44,498 bases of DNA. It comes from Algoriphagus sp. GTDB lineage: Bacteria > Bacteroidota > Bacteroidia > Cytophagales > Cyclobacteriaceae. The DNA lies in contig JBIIGH010000001.1 of NCBI GenBank assembly GCA_044236565.1, positions 1 through 44,498 on the forward strand, in the 5' to 3' direction. The notes beneath the pieces were generated by a model. It did no database searches. It was not told where the DNA came from and was given only the letters and a program-made list of their open reading frames with translations. This document shows positions 31,430-41,579 of the stretch, one piece after another (positions within the stretch are counted from its first letter, which is position 1; each line of letters starts with the position of its first letter). A program made the position numbers and the translations under genes.

Positions 31430-31685
31430 GTCGGTGACGGTTAGTCTGGGTTTAATTTGGCATTCATCAAAAAAAGCAAGGCGATTTTTGATGGAAGAAA
31501 TATAACCTAAAAAATAGAAGGAAAAGACCTTTTTTCCAAAGGTGGAACCGCTTGGAGAAGTTAAGCCTCAATGCGTTTCACAAAAACTTTTCCATCTGGA
31601 ATCGTCCAAGTCCTTGAAAATAAGTACAGTAAAATTGGAAGGGTATTCAGTTGGCTTGAGCCAGCAGGAGATCAAAAAGTAAAAA

Positions 31686-32438
31686 TCAAATCAAGTATTC
31701 TGATGCGAAAGCTAGCGCTGCCGCCAAAAAGGTAATGGCCAGCTTGTTGAGCTGAAACTTGTGGTGCGGGCTACTTTCAAAAAAGATGGTGGTAGAAATA
31801 TGCAGGAAACCCCCGGTAACTAGGCCATACAAAATGCCGATTCCTTCGGTTGAGAGAAGTCCCTGATTGATAAAGAAGGCGCTGGAAAGCATGCCCAATG
31901 GAGATCCAAGCGCAAAAATAGTGAGCAACACAAGGGTCCATTTTTTAGAAAGGGAGGCACCGAGAACGGCTGCTAGCGCAAAGGCTGCAGGACCTTTATG
32001 CATCAGAATACCAAGAAGTACTGTTTTGTCGCTGTGCTCCTGCGCCAAAGCAAGTCCTTGCTGCGCAGACGAATCTCCATGTGACAGCAGGGTGCCTTCC
32101 AAAAAAGCATGAATAAACAAGCCGATCATCAAGGTAAAAACACCCTTGGAAGTGGAAGACTCGTGCTTATGAATGTGCCCATGCTCGATTCCTGCCGACC
32201 AAAACTCCAAAAGCTGTTGCAAGAGAAAGCCGATCAGGATGTACACTCCCATGCGACTGGGATTGTAGGCGCTCGAAAACAATTCGGGTAGGATATGCAA
32301 GATGGTAATGGAGAACAGGTAGGATCCTGCAAATACCAGCACCAGTTTGAAGTATTTTTCTTTGAGTACTGGGGTGACAAATACCAGGAGACCAGCGAGT
32401 AGCGCAGTGAAAAATAGAAGAATAAAATTTAGCGCCAT
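31686..32438 (-). CDS. ZIP family metal (zinc) transporter
   Basis: LHILPE, His-rich EHGHIHKH loop, HAFLEG, LMHKGP, GGFLHISTTIFFES. Confidence 0.9.
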   Translation of the reverse strand: MALNFILLFFTALLAGLLVFVTPVLKEKYFKLVLVFAGSYLFSITILHILPELFSSAYNPSRMGVYILIGFLLQQLLEFWSAGIEHGHIHKHESSTSKGVFTLMIGLFIHAFLEGTLLSHGDSSAQQGLALAQEHSDKTVLLGILMHKGPAAFALAAVLGASLSKKWTLVLLTIFALGSPLGMLSSAFFINQGLLSTEGIGILYGLVTGGFLHISTTIFFESSPHHKFQLNKLAITFLAAALAFASEYLI

Positions 32439-32478
32439 TGGATTAACCTTGCTGTAAACTCAGAGAAGGATTTTTTTG

Positions 32479-32531
32479 CAAAGGTATAAAAATTCAACAG
32501 TGTTGCACTATGAAATGCAATAATATTGCAT
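32479..32531 (-). promoter_or_regulatory. ZIP promoter (-7 TACCTTTG) with two candidate Zur/Fur-family boxes
   Basis: TACCTTTG at 32479-32486 (minus strand); ATTCAACAGTGTTGCAC at 32492-32508; perfect ATGCAATA-A-TATTGCAT at 32515-32531. Confidence 0.6.
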
Positions 32532-32539
32532 AAGTCAAT

Positions 32540-33595
32540 TTACTCGATTGGAAAGGAGAGCATAGCTTTAAGTTCTGGACTAGCGTATAGTGTAAGTCCT
32601 TTGCCTTTTTCATTGTAGATCAAAATCATCTCAACATCCTTCCGTTCGGAGTCGATCCGGATGGCATCTTCCCATCCGCGAACAAGTAAGGATTGCGCCA
32701 GAATAGCTGCTGCTTTCGAAGTTTTGGCGAGTACAGTAGTTTGGAGGAGTCCATGATTGACGGGATAGCCAGTCCGGGGATCCAGCACCCATGCTTTTCG
32801 TAGTGAGTCTTGTCTGTAGGACTGCGTAAAATCACCCGCAGTGGCTACCGCTCGGTTTTGCAAGGCAATCCAGCCTTCCTTTGCCTTCCCGAGGCTATCC
32901 AGGCGTTGGGTTTTGAATTTCCAAAGTTCTTGTCGCTCGTTGACACCTTTTGCTAGGGTATGCTTGCCAATCTGCAAAAAGTAGTTTCGAATTCCTTGCT
33001 TTTCCAAGAACAGGGCCACCTGGGCCAAGGTTAGCGTTTGGCCATAATCCAACAGGTTGATCTTAAGTCCCGTTTTTTCTTTTCGTATTAGGGTGTCGTT
33101 CAAGATAAACTTAGGCATTCCCACATTATCGAGTAGGGCAGCAATGTTTGCACTATCCTTAATCCCTGCTCTTGAGGCTGAAAAACTCCATCCATCGTAG
33201 AGAATTCCAGCTGTAGGATCCCAAGAGCTTTCAGCATTTTTGGAATCTTGGCTTACCATTCGTAGTAGGGCCAGGAGATCTTTGGAAGGCCTGGGGAGTG
33301 AATCCTGACGATTGAGTTGGTACAGCTCTGAGCGGGGTGAATCCATCAAGTACAACTGGGCTTGATGGTTCAAGAGGGAGTCAAGTTTGGCCTTTACATT
33401 TGCCCGCTCGGGATGGTATAAAAAAAGATAGGGCTGATCCATAAACTCCCCATTCCAGGTGATTAATCCATTTTTTCGAGCTACCTCATCCACTGAAGAT
33501 CCTCCGTCTGTGCTTGACCTGTACAAATAGACGATCAGGACCATGCCAAGTAGTACAAAGGAATAGATTAAATTTTTTCTTGCGTTCGGACTCAT
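32540..33595 (-). CDS. ApbE-like FAD:protein FMN transferase family protein (divergent)
   Basis: SELYQLN, DPT.G, AVATAGD and LDPRTGYP motifs; several canonical residues differ. Confidence 0.75.
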   Translation of the reverse strand: MSPNARKNLIYSFVLLGMVLIVYLYRSSTDGGSSVDEVARKNGLITWNGEFMDQPYLFLYHPERANVKAKLDSLLNHQAQLYLMDSPRSELYQLNRQDSLPRPSKDLLALLRMVSQDSKNAESSWDPTAGILYDGWSFSASRAGIKDSANIAALLDNVGMPKFILNDTLIRKEKTGLKINLLDYGQTLTLAQVALFLEKQGIRNYFLQIGKHTLAKGVNERQELWKFKTQRLDSLGKAKEGWIALQNRAVATAGDFTQSYRQDSLRKAWVLDPRTGYPVNHGLLQTTVLAKTSKAAAILAQSLLVRGWEDAIRIDSERKDVEMILIYNEKGKGLTLYASPELKAMLSFPIE

Positions 33596-33721
33596 CAGGG
33601 AGGAAAATTTGAAACAAAATTAGTACCTTTTTTTTAACCTTATGCGAAAGATTCACATCCCCAGCCTTTCCGGTTTTTTCTATTGTGGATATCCATTTTA
33701 TTGCCAATAACCAGAGAAAAT

Positions 33722-33837
33722 AAGGTTAGAGGTTCAAGAAGGTGAGCTGTGGACCGTGGACCGTCAGCTGTTAACGATTATCCGCATTTATATATAGGAG
33801 AACTGAGCTACTGGTAGGATTGCGGATAATCATATTA
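33722..33837 (+). repeat. Dispersed repeat copy B
   Basis: AAGGTTAGAGGTTCAAGAAGGTGAGCTGTGGACCGTGGACCGTCAGC; stem 33776-33786/33821-33831. Confidence 0.88.
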
Positions 33838-33864
33838 GTTATATTTGTAGCTAGCGCAACGCAC

Positions 33865-34896
33865 ATGAGAGAAGATTACTTGTCAGGAGACGAAGAACAG
33901 TTAGGGCCCAAGGACCGGGAGTTTGAGCGTGCTTTACGCCCGCTAAGCTTTGAAGACTTTACGGGGCAAGCTAAAATCATCGAAAACCTTCGTGTGTTTG
34001 TTCATGCTGCCAAAAAAAGAAACGAACCCCTAGACCATGTGCTCCTCCATGGACCTCCTGGTTTGGGAAAGACCACCCTCAGTCACATCATTGCCAACGA
34101 GCTTCAGGCGGGAATAAAAATCACTTCTGGCCCGGTGCTCGACAAGCCCTCTGACTTGGCAGGTCTTTTGACTAATCTGGAAGAAGGGGATGTCTTATTC
34201 ATTGACGAAATCCACCGCCTCAATCCGATTGTGGAGGAATACCTCTATTCGGCAATGGAGGATTACCGCATCGACATCATGCTGGACAGTGGGCCAAATG
34301 CCCGATCTGTCCAAATTTCCCTCAGCCCCTTCACCCTAATTGGCGCTACCACACGTTCGGGATTGCTGACCTCCCCACTTCGGGCGCGTTTCGGCATCAA
34401 CTCCCGTTTGGAGTACTACGACGCCAAGTTGCTCACCGATATTGTATTGCGCTCAGGGGGCATCTTGCAAACTCCTATTGATGAAGTGGCGGCATTCGAA
34501 CTCGCACGCCGAAGCCGAGGCACGCCGCGTATTGCCAACATGCTCCTTCGTCGTACTCGTGACTTTGCAGAAGTAAAAGGCAACGGTACCATCACCTTGG
34601 AAATCGCGAAAATGGCCTTGAATGCCTTGGATGTAGATGAAAATGGTTTGGATGAAATGGATAACCGCATTCTCTTGACGATCATCGAAAAATTCAAAGG
34701 AGGGCCTGTTGGCCTAGGAACTATCGCTACAGCTTGCGGGGAAGAAGCGGAAACCATCGAAGAGGTATACGAACCCTTTCTTATTCAAGAAGGCTACCTC
34801 AAGCGTACCTCTCGCGGGCGAATGGCCACCGAGCTGGCTTACAAGCACTTAAAAATAAAACCGACAGGGGCAAGCGGAACCCTGTTTGATATTTAA
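33865..34896 (+). CDS. ruvB: Holliday junction branch migration DNA helicase RuvB
   Basis: [45 protein letters not shown]; start revised to ATG 33865; TATATTTG promoter-like motif at 33840-33847. Confidence 0.98.
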   Translation: MREDYLSGDEEQLGPKDREFERALRPLSFEDFTGQAKIIENLRVFVHAAKKRNEPLDHVLLHGPPGLGKTTLSHIIANELQAGIKITSGPVLDKPSDLAGLLTNLEEGDVLFIDEIHRLNPIVEEYLYSAMEDYRIDIMLDSGPNARSVQISLSPFTLIGATTRSGLLTSPLRARFGINSRLEYYDAKLLTDIVLRSGGILQTPIDEVAAFELARRSRGTPRIANMLLRRTRDFAEVKGNGTITLEIAKMALNALDVDENGLDEMDNRILLTIIEKFKGGPVGLGTIATACGEEAETIEEVYEPFLIQEGYLKRTSRGRMATELAYKHLKIKPTGASGTLFDI

Positions 34897-35027
34897 TATG
34901 ATTATCCGCAATCATGCCAGTAGCTCTCCTCGCCTATTTAAAACTGCGGATAATCGTTGACAGACCATAGGCCACGGCCTACAGGCTTTCAACGGTCCAC
35001 AGATCACCTAATTGACCCTCAAACCTT
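34895..35027 (-). repeat. Dispersed repeat copy C (inverted; similarity to copy D extends to about 35075)
   Basis: Stem 34900-34910/34945-34955; reverse complement reads AAGGTTTGAGGGTCAATTAGGTGATCTGTGGACCGTTGA...GATTATCCGCAG...TGCGGATAATCATATT. Confidence 0.88.
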
Positions 35028-35079
35028 TTTTCCTCTCTTTAGTGGTGAAAAAGCGGATAATAAGAATATTTAAAATACT

Positions 35080-35117
35080 AAAAAGCCCTACTCCAAATCC
35101 ATGAAGTAGGGCTTTTT
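35080..35117. terminator. Bidirectional terminator between ruvB and kynU
   Basis: AAAAAGCCCTACT...AGTAGGGCTTTTT. Confidence 0.75.
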
Positions 35118-35149
35118 GCTTATTGTAGACAGTTCGGGTCCTGATTTTT

Positions 35150-36439
35150 TTAGGCGAATTTTTTGAGCGATTGCTCCAAAACTCGAGCAAATCGGTACAC
35201 ATCCTCGAAGCTCGTGTAAAGTGGCGCTGGTGCCAAGCGGATCACGTTTGGATTTCTCCAATCTCCTACCACTCCCTGCCCGTACCATTCGTCAAAGACC
35301 GCTTTGCCTCCCTTGTGAATCAACAAAGACAATTGGCATCCTCGCTCGGCTGGATTTTTTGGGGTGATGATTTCCAATACTCCTGAATCCCCGCTGATCT
35401 CTTCAATTAAATATTCCAGGTAGCCGGTCAATTGGATGCTTTTTTCACGAATGGCAGGCATGCCTGCTTCTTGAAATAGGTCCAAAGAAGCTTGGTGCAC
35501 CGCCAAGGAGAGGACGTTGGAACAAGCAAGTTGCCAACCGTCGGCTCCATGCATGGGTTGAAATCCTTTTTCCATTTTGAAGCGCTCTGCTTCACTATGG
35601 CCCCACCAGCCAGCAAACCGATGAAGGTCTGGTCGATCGGCATATCGCTCGTGAACAAATATTCCAGAGACATTTCCAGGACCTGAATTCAGATATTTAT
35701 AGCTGCACCAAGTTGCAAAATCTACATCCCAGTCGTGAAGTTGAAGTGGAGCATTTCCTGCGGCATGGGCCAAATCAAATCCAGCTACCGCTCCCACTTC
35801 ATGAGCTGCTTGGGTGATGGCTTGGATGTCAAAAAGTTGCCCTGTGTAATATTGGATTCCAGCCATATTGATCATAGCAAGGGAGGAACCCTGTTTGCGA
35901 ATCTCTTCGACAATATCTTCGGTACGCAAGGTAAACTCCCCTGTTCTTGGCAGCAATTCCACCAACACGTCATTGGGATCGAGACCATGAAACTTGATTT
36001 GAGTTTCCAGCATGTATTGGTCCGAAGGAAAGGCTCCGCCTTCTACTATGATTTTAAATCGAGTAGGAGTGGGCTGGTAAAAGGAAACCATCAAAAGGTG
36101 CAGATTGACCGAAAGGTAATTCATGGCAACCACCTCCTCGGGCAAGGCACCTAGGATTTGAGCCAGAATGGGCTTTGATTTCTTCCGTACCGAATACCAA
36201 GGATCTTCCCCATGAAAATACCCATCTACCCCCATGTTTGCCCAAGCGGCCATCTCCTTCTCTAGGTAGGATGCAGCAGTTTTTGGCTGTAAGCCTAGGG
36301 AATTGCCGCAGAAGTACAGGGCATCTTTCCCATTGATTTTGGGGAAGTGAAAACGGGATCGAAAATCCGCCAAGGGATCCAATGCATCTAGCCCTTTGGC
36401 AAAAGATTCGGTGTATTGGTAGTGAGGGAAGGGCGTCAT
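35150..36439 (-). CDS. kynU: Kynureninase
   Basis: YFCGNSLGLQP, AFPSDQY, FDLAHAAGN, WCSYKYLNSGPG, GWWGH, IRLAPAPLY. Confidence 0.96.
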   Translation of the reverse strand: MTPFPHYQYTESFAKGLDALDPLADFRSRFHFPKINGKDALYFCGNSLGLQPKTAASYLEKEMAAWANMGVDGYFHGEDPWYSVRKKSKPILAQILGALPEEVVAMNYLSVNLHLLMVSFYQPTPTRFKIIVEGGAFPSDQYMLETQIKFHGLDPNDVLVELLPRTGEFTLRTEDIVEEIRKQGSSLAMINMAGIQYYTGQLFDIQAITQAAHEVGAVAGFDLAHAAGNAPLQLHDWDVDFATWCSYKYLNSGPGNVSGIFVHERYADRPDLHRFAGWWGHSEAERFKMEKGFQPMHGADGWQLACSNVLSLAVHQASLDLFQEAGMPAIREKSIQLTGYLEYLIEEISGDSGVLEIITPKNPAERGCQLSLLIHKGGKAVFDEWYGQGVVGDWRNPNVIRLAPAPLYTSFEDVYRFARVLEQSLKKFA

Positions 36440-36663
36440 TGTGGAAGGGGATATTGGGTGTCTATTCTTAGAATCAAGCTACTCGATTTTTGTTTGGATA
36501 GATCGATTAATCCTGGGCTAATTTCAATTTTAATCGAATCCAAAAGGGCCGTCCGCTGGCTCAGTTTTTTTCGAAAGATACATCCAAAACTAGTTCAAAG
36601 TCCAAATCGGAACTTCCAACCTGTCCTTTTTTTGGCTTAATTTGTGTCAAGACTCCCAACTCC

Positions 36664-37650
36664 ATGACCTACCCCATTGCGGACCTTCATTGTGATTTAC
36701 TTTCCTTTATGGCGAAAGTTCCAAAGGCAGATCCCTTTGATCCCGATCAAATCGCTTGTGCCTTTCCTTTGCTAAAAGCTGGGGGAGTGCGGGCGCAGGT
36801 GATGGCCATTTACACCGATGTACATCCCGAGAGTATGGAATTGGCAAGTCGGCAGGCGGACCTCTTTGTGAAGCTTCTTGAAGACCATCCGGAAACGGTA
36901 TGTAGATGGGATGCAGCCTTTCAGCAGCAGCTGGAGACCACCGAGCAACTAGGAATCATTGCTTCCATTGAAAATGCTGCTGGCATAGGTACAGCAACAG
37001 CCACTTGGAAGGAAATCTATGCACAGTTTGATGCATTGCTGGAAAAAGTAGGTTCACTCGCCTACATCAGCCTCACGCATCATACCGAAAATCGATTTGG
37101 TGGAGGCAATTACACCGAAGGAATTGGCTTGAAAGAAGATGGCAAACGCTTGCTCGACTACCTAGCAGGCAAGCGTATTCCCGTAGACCTTTCCCATACC
37201 TCCGACCTTTTGGCGGAAGGAATTTTACATCACATCGACCGACACCATTTACCAATTCCAGTGCTGGCTAGTCACTCCAACTTCCGAAGCATTTGGGACC
37301 ACAAGCGAAATTTGAGTGATGAATTTGCACAGGAGATTATCCATCGTGAGGGCATCATTGGGGTCAATTTCCTGCGGGCCTTTTTGGATAATGAGCAGCC
37401 AGAAAGATTATTTGAACACCTGATTTATGGTTCCAAGCTCAATGAGCAGGCGATTGCCTTTGGAGCAGACTTTTTTTATACCCAGGATTTTCCAGACTCG
37501 AGTCGTCACCCTATTTATTTTCCTCTGGCCGAAAATGCCAGCAAATACCAAGGCATTCTAGAGCACCTCAGTCAGGAACTTTCGGAAGTGCAGCTTGGAA
37601 AATTGGCCTATGAAAACGTCTTTCATTTTTACCAAAAACTCTGGAGCTGA
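36664..37650 (+). CDS. Membrane dipeptidase (M19)-like protein
   Basis: DLHCDLL, SIENA, VDLSH, ASHSN, FGADF. Confidence 0.8.
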   Translation: MTYPIADLHCDLLSFMAKVPKADPFDPDQIACAFPLLKAGGVRAQVMAIYTDVHPESMELASRQADLFVKLLEDHPETVCRWDAAFQQQLETTEQLGIIASIENAAGIGTATATWKEIYAQFDALLEKVGSLAYISLTHHTENRFGGGNYTEGIGLKEDGKRLLDYLAGKRIPVDLSHTSDLLAEGILHHIDRHHLPIPVLASHSNFRSIWDHKRNLSDEFAQEIIHREGIIGVNFLRAFLDNEQPERLFEHLIYGSKLNEQAIAFGADFFYTQDFPDSSRHPIYFPLAENASKYQGILEHLSQELSEVQLGKLAYENVFHFYQKLWS

Positions 37651-38264
37651 TGTCAAGCCACCACTTTGTCAAGGAGCAGCAGGAACCTGCAGTTTTTATA
37701 TTGAATCCCAGCGGAATCAATTTTGAAAGTGTCGCCCCACTTTTGGAATGGTCGCCTACCATCCTTGTGGATCAAGAAAGTGTGGATGTGGTACTGAGTT
37801 GGGGAATTAAAATCGATGTGGTTCTGGCCACTTCTTCCTTTCAAGAGGAAAACATGCAGCTGCTGGAAGAACAGTATCCGCTCCGTTTTTTGACAGTTTC
37901 TGCTTCACAATCCTTGGAAGAGGGCCTTCATTATTTAGTGGCTTCGCAGCACAAGGGCGTTCATTTAGTGGGCCTAGATCACCTCCTTTGCCTCCAACTT
38001 GAAGAGAAGACCAACTTCTTGGATTTGACTCTAGTGGATGGGGATTGGAAATACTATCCGGTCAAAGGAGGGAAGTTTTCGAAGTGGTTTGCAGCTTCGG
38101 AAATACAAATTTTAGCGACAGAAAATCAGCCCTTGGAAATATCCAATGCCAACGGTCAACTCCTTTTCCCAGTCCAGTACTTGACCCAAATCGAGGTTCC
38201 AGAGGGCACTTCTACCTTCTCCAGTACGGGGATTTTTTGGATAGGAGAGCGAGTAAGGGCTTAG
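37650..38264 (+). CDS. Thiamine diphosphokinase-like protein (Bacteroidota type, divergent)
   Basis: MSSHHFVKEQQEPA...LLEWSP...GIKIDV...QYP N-terminus typical of Bacteroidota TPK homologs. Confidence 0.7.
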   Translation: MSSHHFVKEQQEPAVFILNPSGINFESVAPLLEWSPTILVDQESVDVVLSWGIKIDVVLATSSFQEENMQLLEEQYPLRFLTVSASQSLEEGLHYLVASQHKGVHLVGLDHLLCLQLEEKTNFLDLTLVDGDWKYYPVKGGKFSKWFAASEIQILATENQPLEISNANGQLLFPVQYLTQIEVPEGTSTFSSTGIFWIGERVRA

Positions 38265-38292
38265 CATTTTTCGGCTATTTTTTTAAACAGCC

Positions 38293-38365
38293 TAGAATAG
38301 ACCACAATAGAATAAAACCACATAGACACATAGGTTTTTTTTCTATGTGTCTATGTGGTTTATTC
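38293..38365. repeat. Intergenic hairpin with internally repeated CACATAG arms
   Basis: GAATAAAACCACATAGACACATAG-GT8-CTATGTGTCTATGTGGTTTATTC, preceded by a degenerate TAGAATAGACCACA copy. Confidence 0.8.
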
Positions 38366-38437
38366 CTTCAACAAGATGTGGATACTATACGCTTGTTTTT
38401 GGGTTCTTTTTTGTAATTCTTCAGCTTTAATGAGCTG

Positions 38438-39298
38438 CTATTTTCCCTTACTCTTTTTGGGTTTGTTATTCTCTTCAGGCAGTGCTTTTAAAGCATCTTT
38501 GGCATTCAAAGAGGTTACTACTTTTTTACCTGTTTTGTCTTCCAATTCCAACCTTGCCACTTTAGCTACATTACCACCTTGTTTGGCCACTTTCTTATTT
38601 TCCTCAAAATCTTTTGGATTGGTAGCAGCCGATATTTCTTTTGTAGAGGCTTCTGCAAGCATGTTCAAGATCAACTCGGTATTGGTCATGTTATCCCGTA
38701 AATTCTCCTTTTTTAAACCTTTTAGGACTTTATACTCCTTGGTGGTTTTGTCGCTCCAGGCTTTGGAAATAATATCGGTGAGTGTAGCAAACTGCACTCC
38801 TTCTTTCAGACCTCGTTTTTTCCATTCATCGGTGAGTTCTTTCCGTATCTCAATGCTTTTCAATCGTTGGTTGATCCAGTTTTCAGAGTAGCCAAGTTTT
38901 AGGTATTGCTCCAACCCCCGGTCTATACTCAATTCTGGATCTTGCATTTCATCCAATCGTTCTGATCCTACCTGAGCCAACCATACCTTAAAGGGCTCTG
39001 CTTTGGGCGATGGAATGGATTGTATTAAACGAAAAAGTTGCTCGACATCAGCTACATCGGTCATTCGCATTTTGCCGTCGGCAGCCAGCATTTTCAAACC
39101 GTGACAATTCGTCACGGTTTCATTTCCTTCTTCTTTTAATCGTTGTTTAAGCTTTCTCCAATAGGCATTCGCATCACTACTTTCGGTGAGTAATGCAATT
39201 ACATCCACAATAGAGATATACCATTTCTCTTGCTTGTCATCCCAAATGCTGCGCACTTGCTTTTCTTCAAACAGTTTGATGGCAGTCTCTTTGGTCAT
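38438..39298 (-). CDS. BRO-N domain-containing protein (antirepressor-like)
   Basis: IKLFE...VRS.WD...WY.SIVDV...YWRKLKQRL...LKM.AADGKMR.TD...RLIQSIPSPKAEPFK.WLA; C-terminal LRDNMT..EL. Confidence 0.85.
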   Translation of the reverse strand: MTKETAIKLFEEKQVRSIWDDKQEKWYISIVDVIALLTESSDANAYWRKLKQRLKEEGNETVTNCHGLKMLAADGKMRMTDVADVEQLFRLIQSIPSPKAEPFKVWLAQVGSERLDEMQDPELSIDRGLEQYLKLGYSENWINQRLKSIEIRKELTDEWKKRGLKEGVQFATLTDIISKAWSDKTTKEYKVLKGLKKENLRDNMTNTELILNMLAEASTKEISAATNPKDFEENKKVAKQGGNVAKVARLELEDKTGKKVVTSLNAKDALKALPEENNKPKKSKGK

Positions 39299-39316
39299 GG
39301 TCTACTCGAGTTTAAA

Positions 39317-40051
39317 CTAATTTCCTACCACAAGAAACAATCCTGCAGCTACTAGTGCTCCCAAAATTGGGCCTACTACAGGAACCCAAGCATAGCCCCA
39401 ATCTGAGTCACCCTTGCCTTTTATTGGCAGGAGCTGATGCATGATTCTTGGACCCAAGTCACGGGCAGGATTGATGGCATAGCCGGTAGTGCCACCCAGT
39501 CCTAGTCCAATAGTCCAGACCAATAGGGCAACAGGAATGGCGCCAATTGAACCCAAGCCGATAGGTGTTTTACCTGCATCTTCCAGGTTGGCTCCAGCGA
39601 TGTAAAGAATCACAAAGACCAATACAAACGTTCCTAGGGCTTCTGAGAGCACGCTGGTTGAAAAATTCCGTACCGTTGGATCTGTACAAAAGACGCCTTT
39701 TTTCAAGCCAGGATCATCTGTTAGGTCAAAATGATGCCGGTACATGGCCCAGGCCAATCCCGAACCAAGCATCGCGCCGCCAAGTTGCACCAAAATGTAT
39801 CCAGGAGCCAAGGCCCAATCAAATTTGCCAACCGCTGCCAAACCAATGGTAACAGCCGGATTCAAATGTGCTCCGCTAGCAGGTCCAGCAATGACTACCC
39901 CACAAAATACGGCGAAAGCCCATGCCGTGGTGATGGCGATAAGTCCGGCCCCATTTCCTTTGGTGCCTGGCAAAATCACATTGGCCACTACACCTGTTCC
40001 CAAAAGAAGCACCACTGCGGTGCCTATAAATTCTGCTACTAATGGATTCAT
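39317..40051 (-). CDS. glpF: MIP/aquaglyceroporin glycerol uptake facilitator
   Basis: [10 protein letters not shown] and [13 protein letters not shown]; located in the glp operon. Confidence 0.93.
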   Translation of the reverse strand: MNPLVAEFIGTAVVLLLGTGVVANVILPGTKGNGAGLIAITTAWAFAVFCGVVIAGPASGAHLNPAVTIGLAAVGKFDWALAPGYILVQLGGAMLGSGLAWAMYRHHFDLTDDPGLKKGVFCTDPTVRNFSTSVLSEALGTFVLVFVILYIAGANLEDAGKTPIGLGSIGAIPVALLVWTIGLGLGGTTGYAINPARDLGPRIMHQLLPIKGKGDSDWGYAWVPVVGPILGALVAAGLFLVVGN

Positions 40052-41547
40052 TCTTCCCAGTTTTTAGTTCGTTCAACTGCTTTATGCCAAAAATGTACTA
40101 ATTTTTCTCGTTTGCTGTCCTCCATAGCTGGAGAAAAGGTCTTATCCGGCTGCCATAATTTTTGGAGTTCCTCCTGATCTTTCCAGAAGCCCACTGCTAG
40201 CCCTGCCAAAAATGCGGCGCCCAATGCGGTAGTCTCAATGATTTTTGGGCGTTTGATTTCACAATCCAGTAGGTCTGCTTGAAACTGCATCAGAAAGTTA
40301 TTGGCCGTGGCACCCCCATCTACTCGGAGTTCTTGTGTAGGCTTGCCAGAATCCTTTTCCATGGCCTTAAGCACATCGAAAACCTGGTAGGCAATGGCCT
40401 CCAATGCCGCTCTCGTGAAATGTGCGGTAGTGGTGCCTCGGGTAATTCCAAAAAAGGCACCTCGGGCCTGTTGATCCCAGTGCGGCGCGCCCAATCCTGC
40501 AAGGGCAGGAACGAAATATACCCCCTCGTTGCTGGCGACACTGGTGGCCAGCTTTTCGGTTTCCTTGGCGTCGCTGAATAGTTTGAGGCCATCTCGAAGC
40601 CACTGAATCGCTGCACCTCCAATAAATACAGACCCTTCTAGGGCGTAGTTGATTTCATTCCCAATCTTCCAAGCCACCGTTGTGAGGAGCTGATTTTGGG
40701 AGCGAACGGCCTCCTTACCAGTATTCATCACGAGGAAACAGCCGGTTCCGTAGGTGGTTTTGGCCATGCCCGGCTGGGTGCAGAGTTGCCCAAAAAGGGC
40801 TGCTTGCTGATCTCCAGCTACTCCGGCAATTGGAATTTTGGTGTTGAGTACATCTCCAGCAGTTTCAGTGAATACCTCACTGCAGCTTTTGACTTCTGGG
40901 AGCATGGAGCTAGGGATATTAAAAAGATCGAGCAGTTCCTGATCCCATTGTTGGGTATGGATGTTGAAAATCAGCGTGCGGCTAGCATTCGTGATGTCGG
41001 TGAGGTGGCTTTTGCCAGCAGTGAGCTTCCAGATCAACCAGGTGTCAACGGTTCCAAAGGCCAGTTCACCCGCTTCTGCGCGTTGCTGAGCTCCGTCTAC
41101 ATGGTCGAGAATCCAGCGGATTTTGGTTGCAGAAAAGTAAGCGTCAATGACAAGCCCGGTTTTTTCTGCGATTTGGTCGGCCACCCCTTTTTCTTTAAGT
41201 CCATCGCAATAGGCAGCGGTACGACGGTCTTGCCAGACAATCGCATTGTAGAGGGGCTTGCCCGTGCGTCGATCCCAAACGATAGTGGTTTCTCGCTGGT
41301 TGGTGATGCCAATGGCAGCCACTTGGTCGGGACGAATTGATTTTTGAAGCAAGGCCTCCATCAGTACGCTGGACTGGCTAGACCAGATCTCTTCCGGGTC
41401 ATGTTCCACCCAGCCCTGCTGGGGGAAAAATTGGGTAAATTCCTTTTGAGCGAGGGAGACAATCTCTCCTTTTTGATTAAAAATCAAGGCTCGGGAACTG
41501 GTAGTGCCTTGGTCTAAGGCTAAAATATAGGGTTTGTCAGCGGGCAT
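40048..41547 (-). CDS. glpK: Glycerol kinase
   Basis: [44 protein letters not shown]. Confidence 0.97.
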   Translation of the reverse strand: MPADKPYILALDQGTTSSRALIFNQKGEIVSLAQKEFTQFFPQQGWVEHDPEEIWSSQSSVLMEALLQKSIRPDQVAAIGITNQRETTIVWDRRTGKPLYNAIVWQDRRTAAYCDGLKEKGVADQIAEKTGLVIDAYFSATKIRWILDHVDGAQQRAEAGELAFGTVDTWLIWKLTAGKSHLTDITNASRTLIFNIHTQQWDQELLDLFNIPSSMLPEVKSCSEVFTETAGDVLNTKIPIAGVAGDQQAALFGQLCTQPGMAKTTYGTGCFLVMNTGKEAVRSQNQLLTTVAWKIGNEINYALEGSVFIGGAAIQWLRDGLKLFSDAKETEKLATSVASNEGVYFVPALAGLGAPHWDQQARGAFFGITRGTTTAHFTRAALEAIAYQVFDVLKAMEKDSGKPTQELRVDGGATANNFLMQFQADLLDCEIKRPKIIETTALGAAFLAGLAVGFWKDQEELQKLWQPDKTFSPAMEDSKREKLVHFWHKAVERTKNWEE

Positions 41548-41579
41548 TTTGGGTGGTTGCTTCTAGTGAGAACTTGAAT

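Noticed and set aside
33865-36439. ruvB without ruvA/ruvC and kynU without other kynurenine genes
   Set aside because: Dispersal of these genes is ordinary in Bacteroidota; absence from one window is uninformative
38438-39298. Prophage
   Set aside because: Only a BRO-N gene; no integrase, structural or replication genes, and no att-like repeats seen
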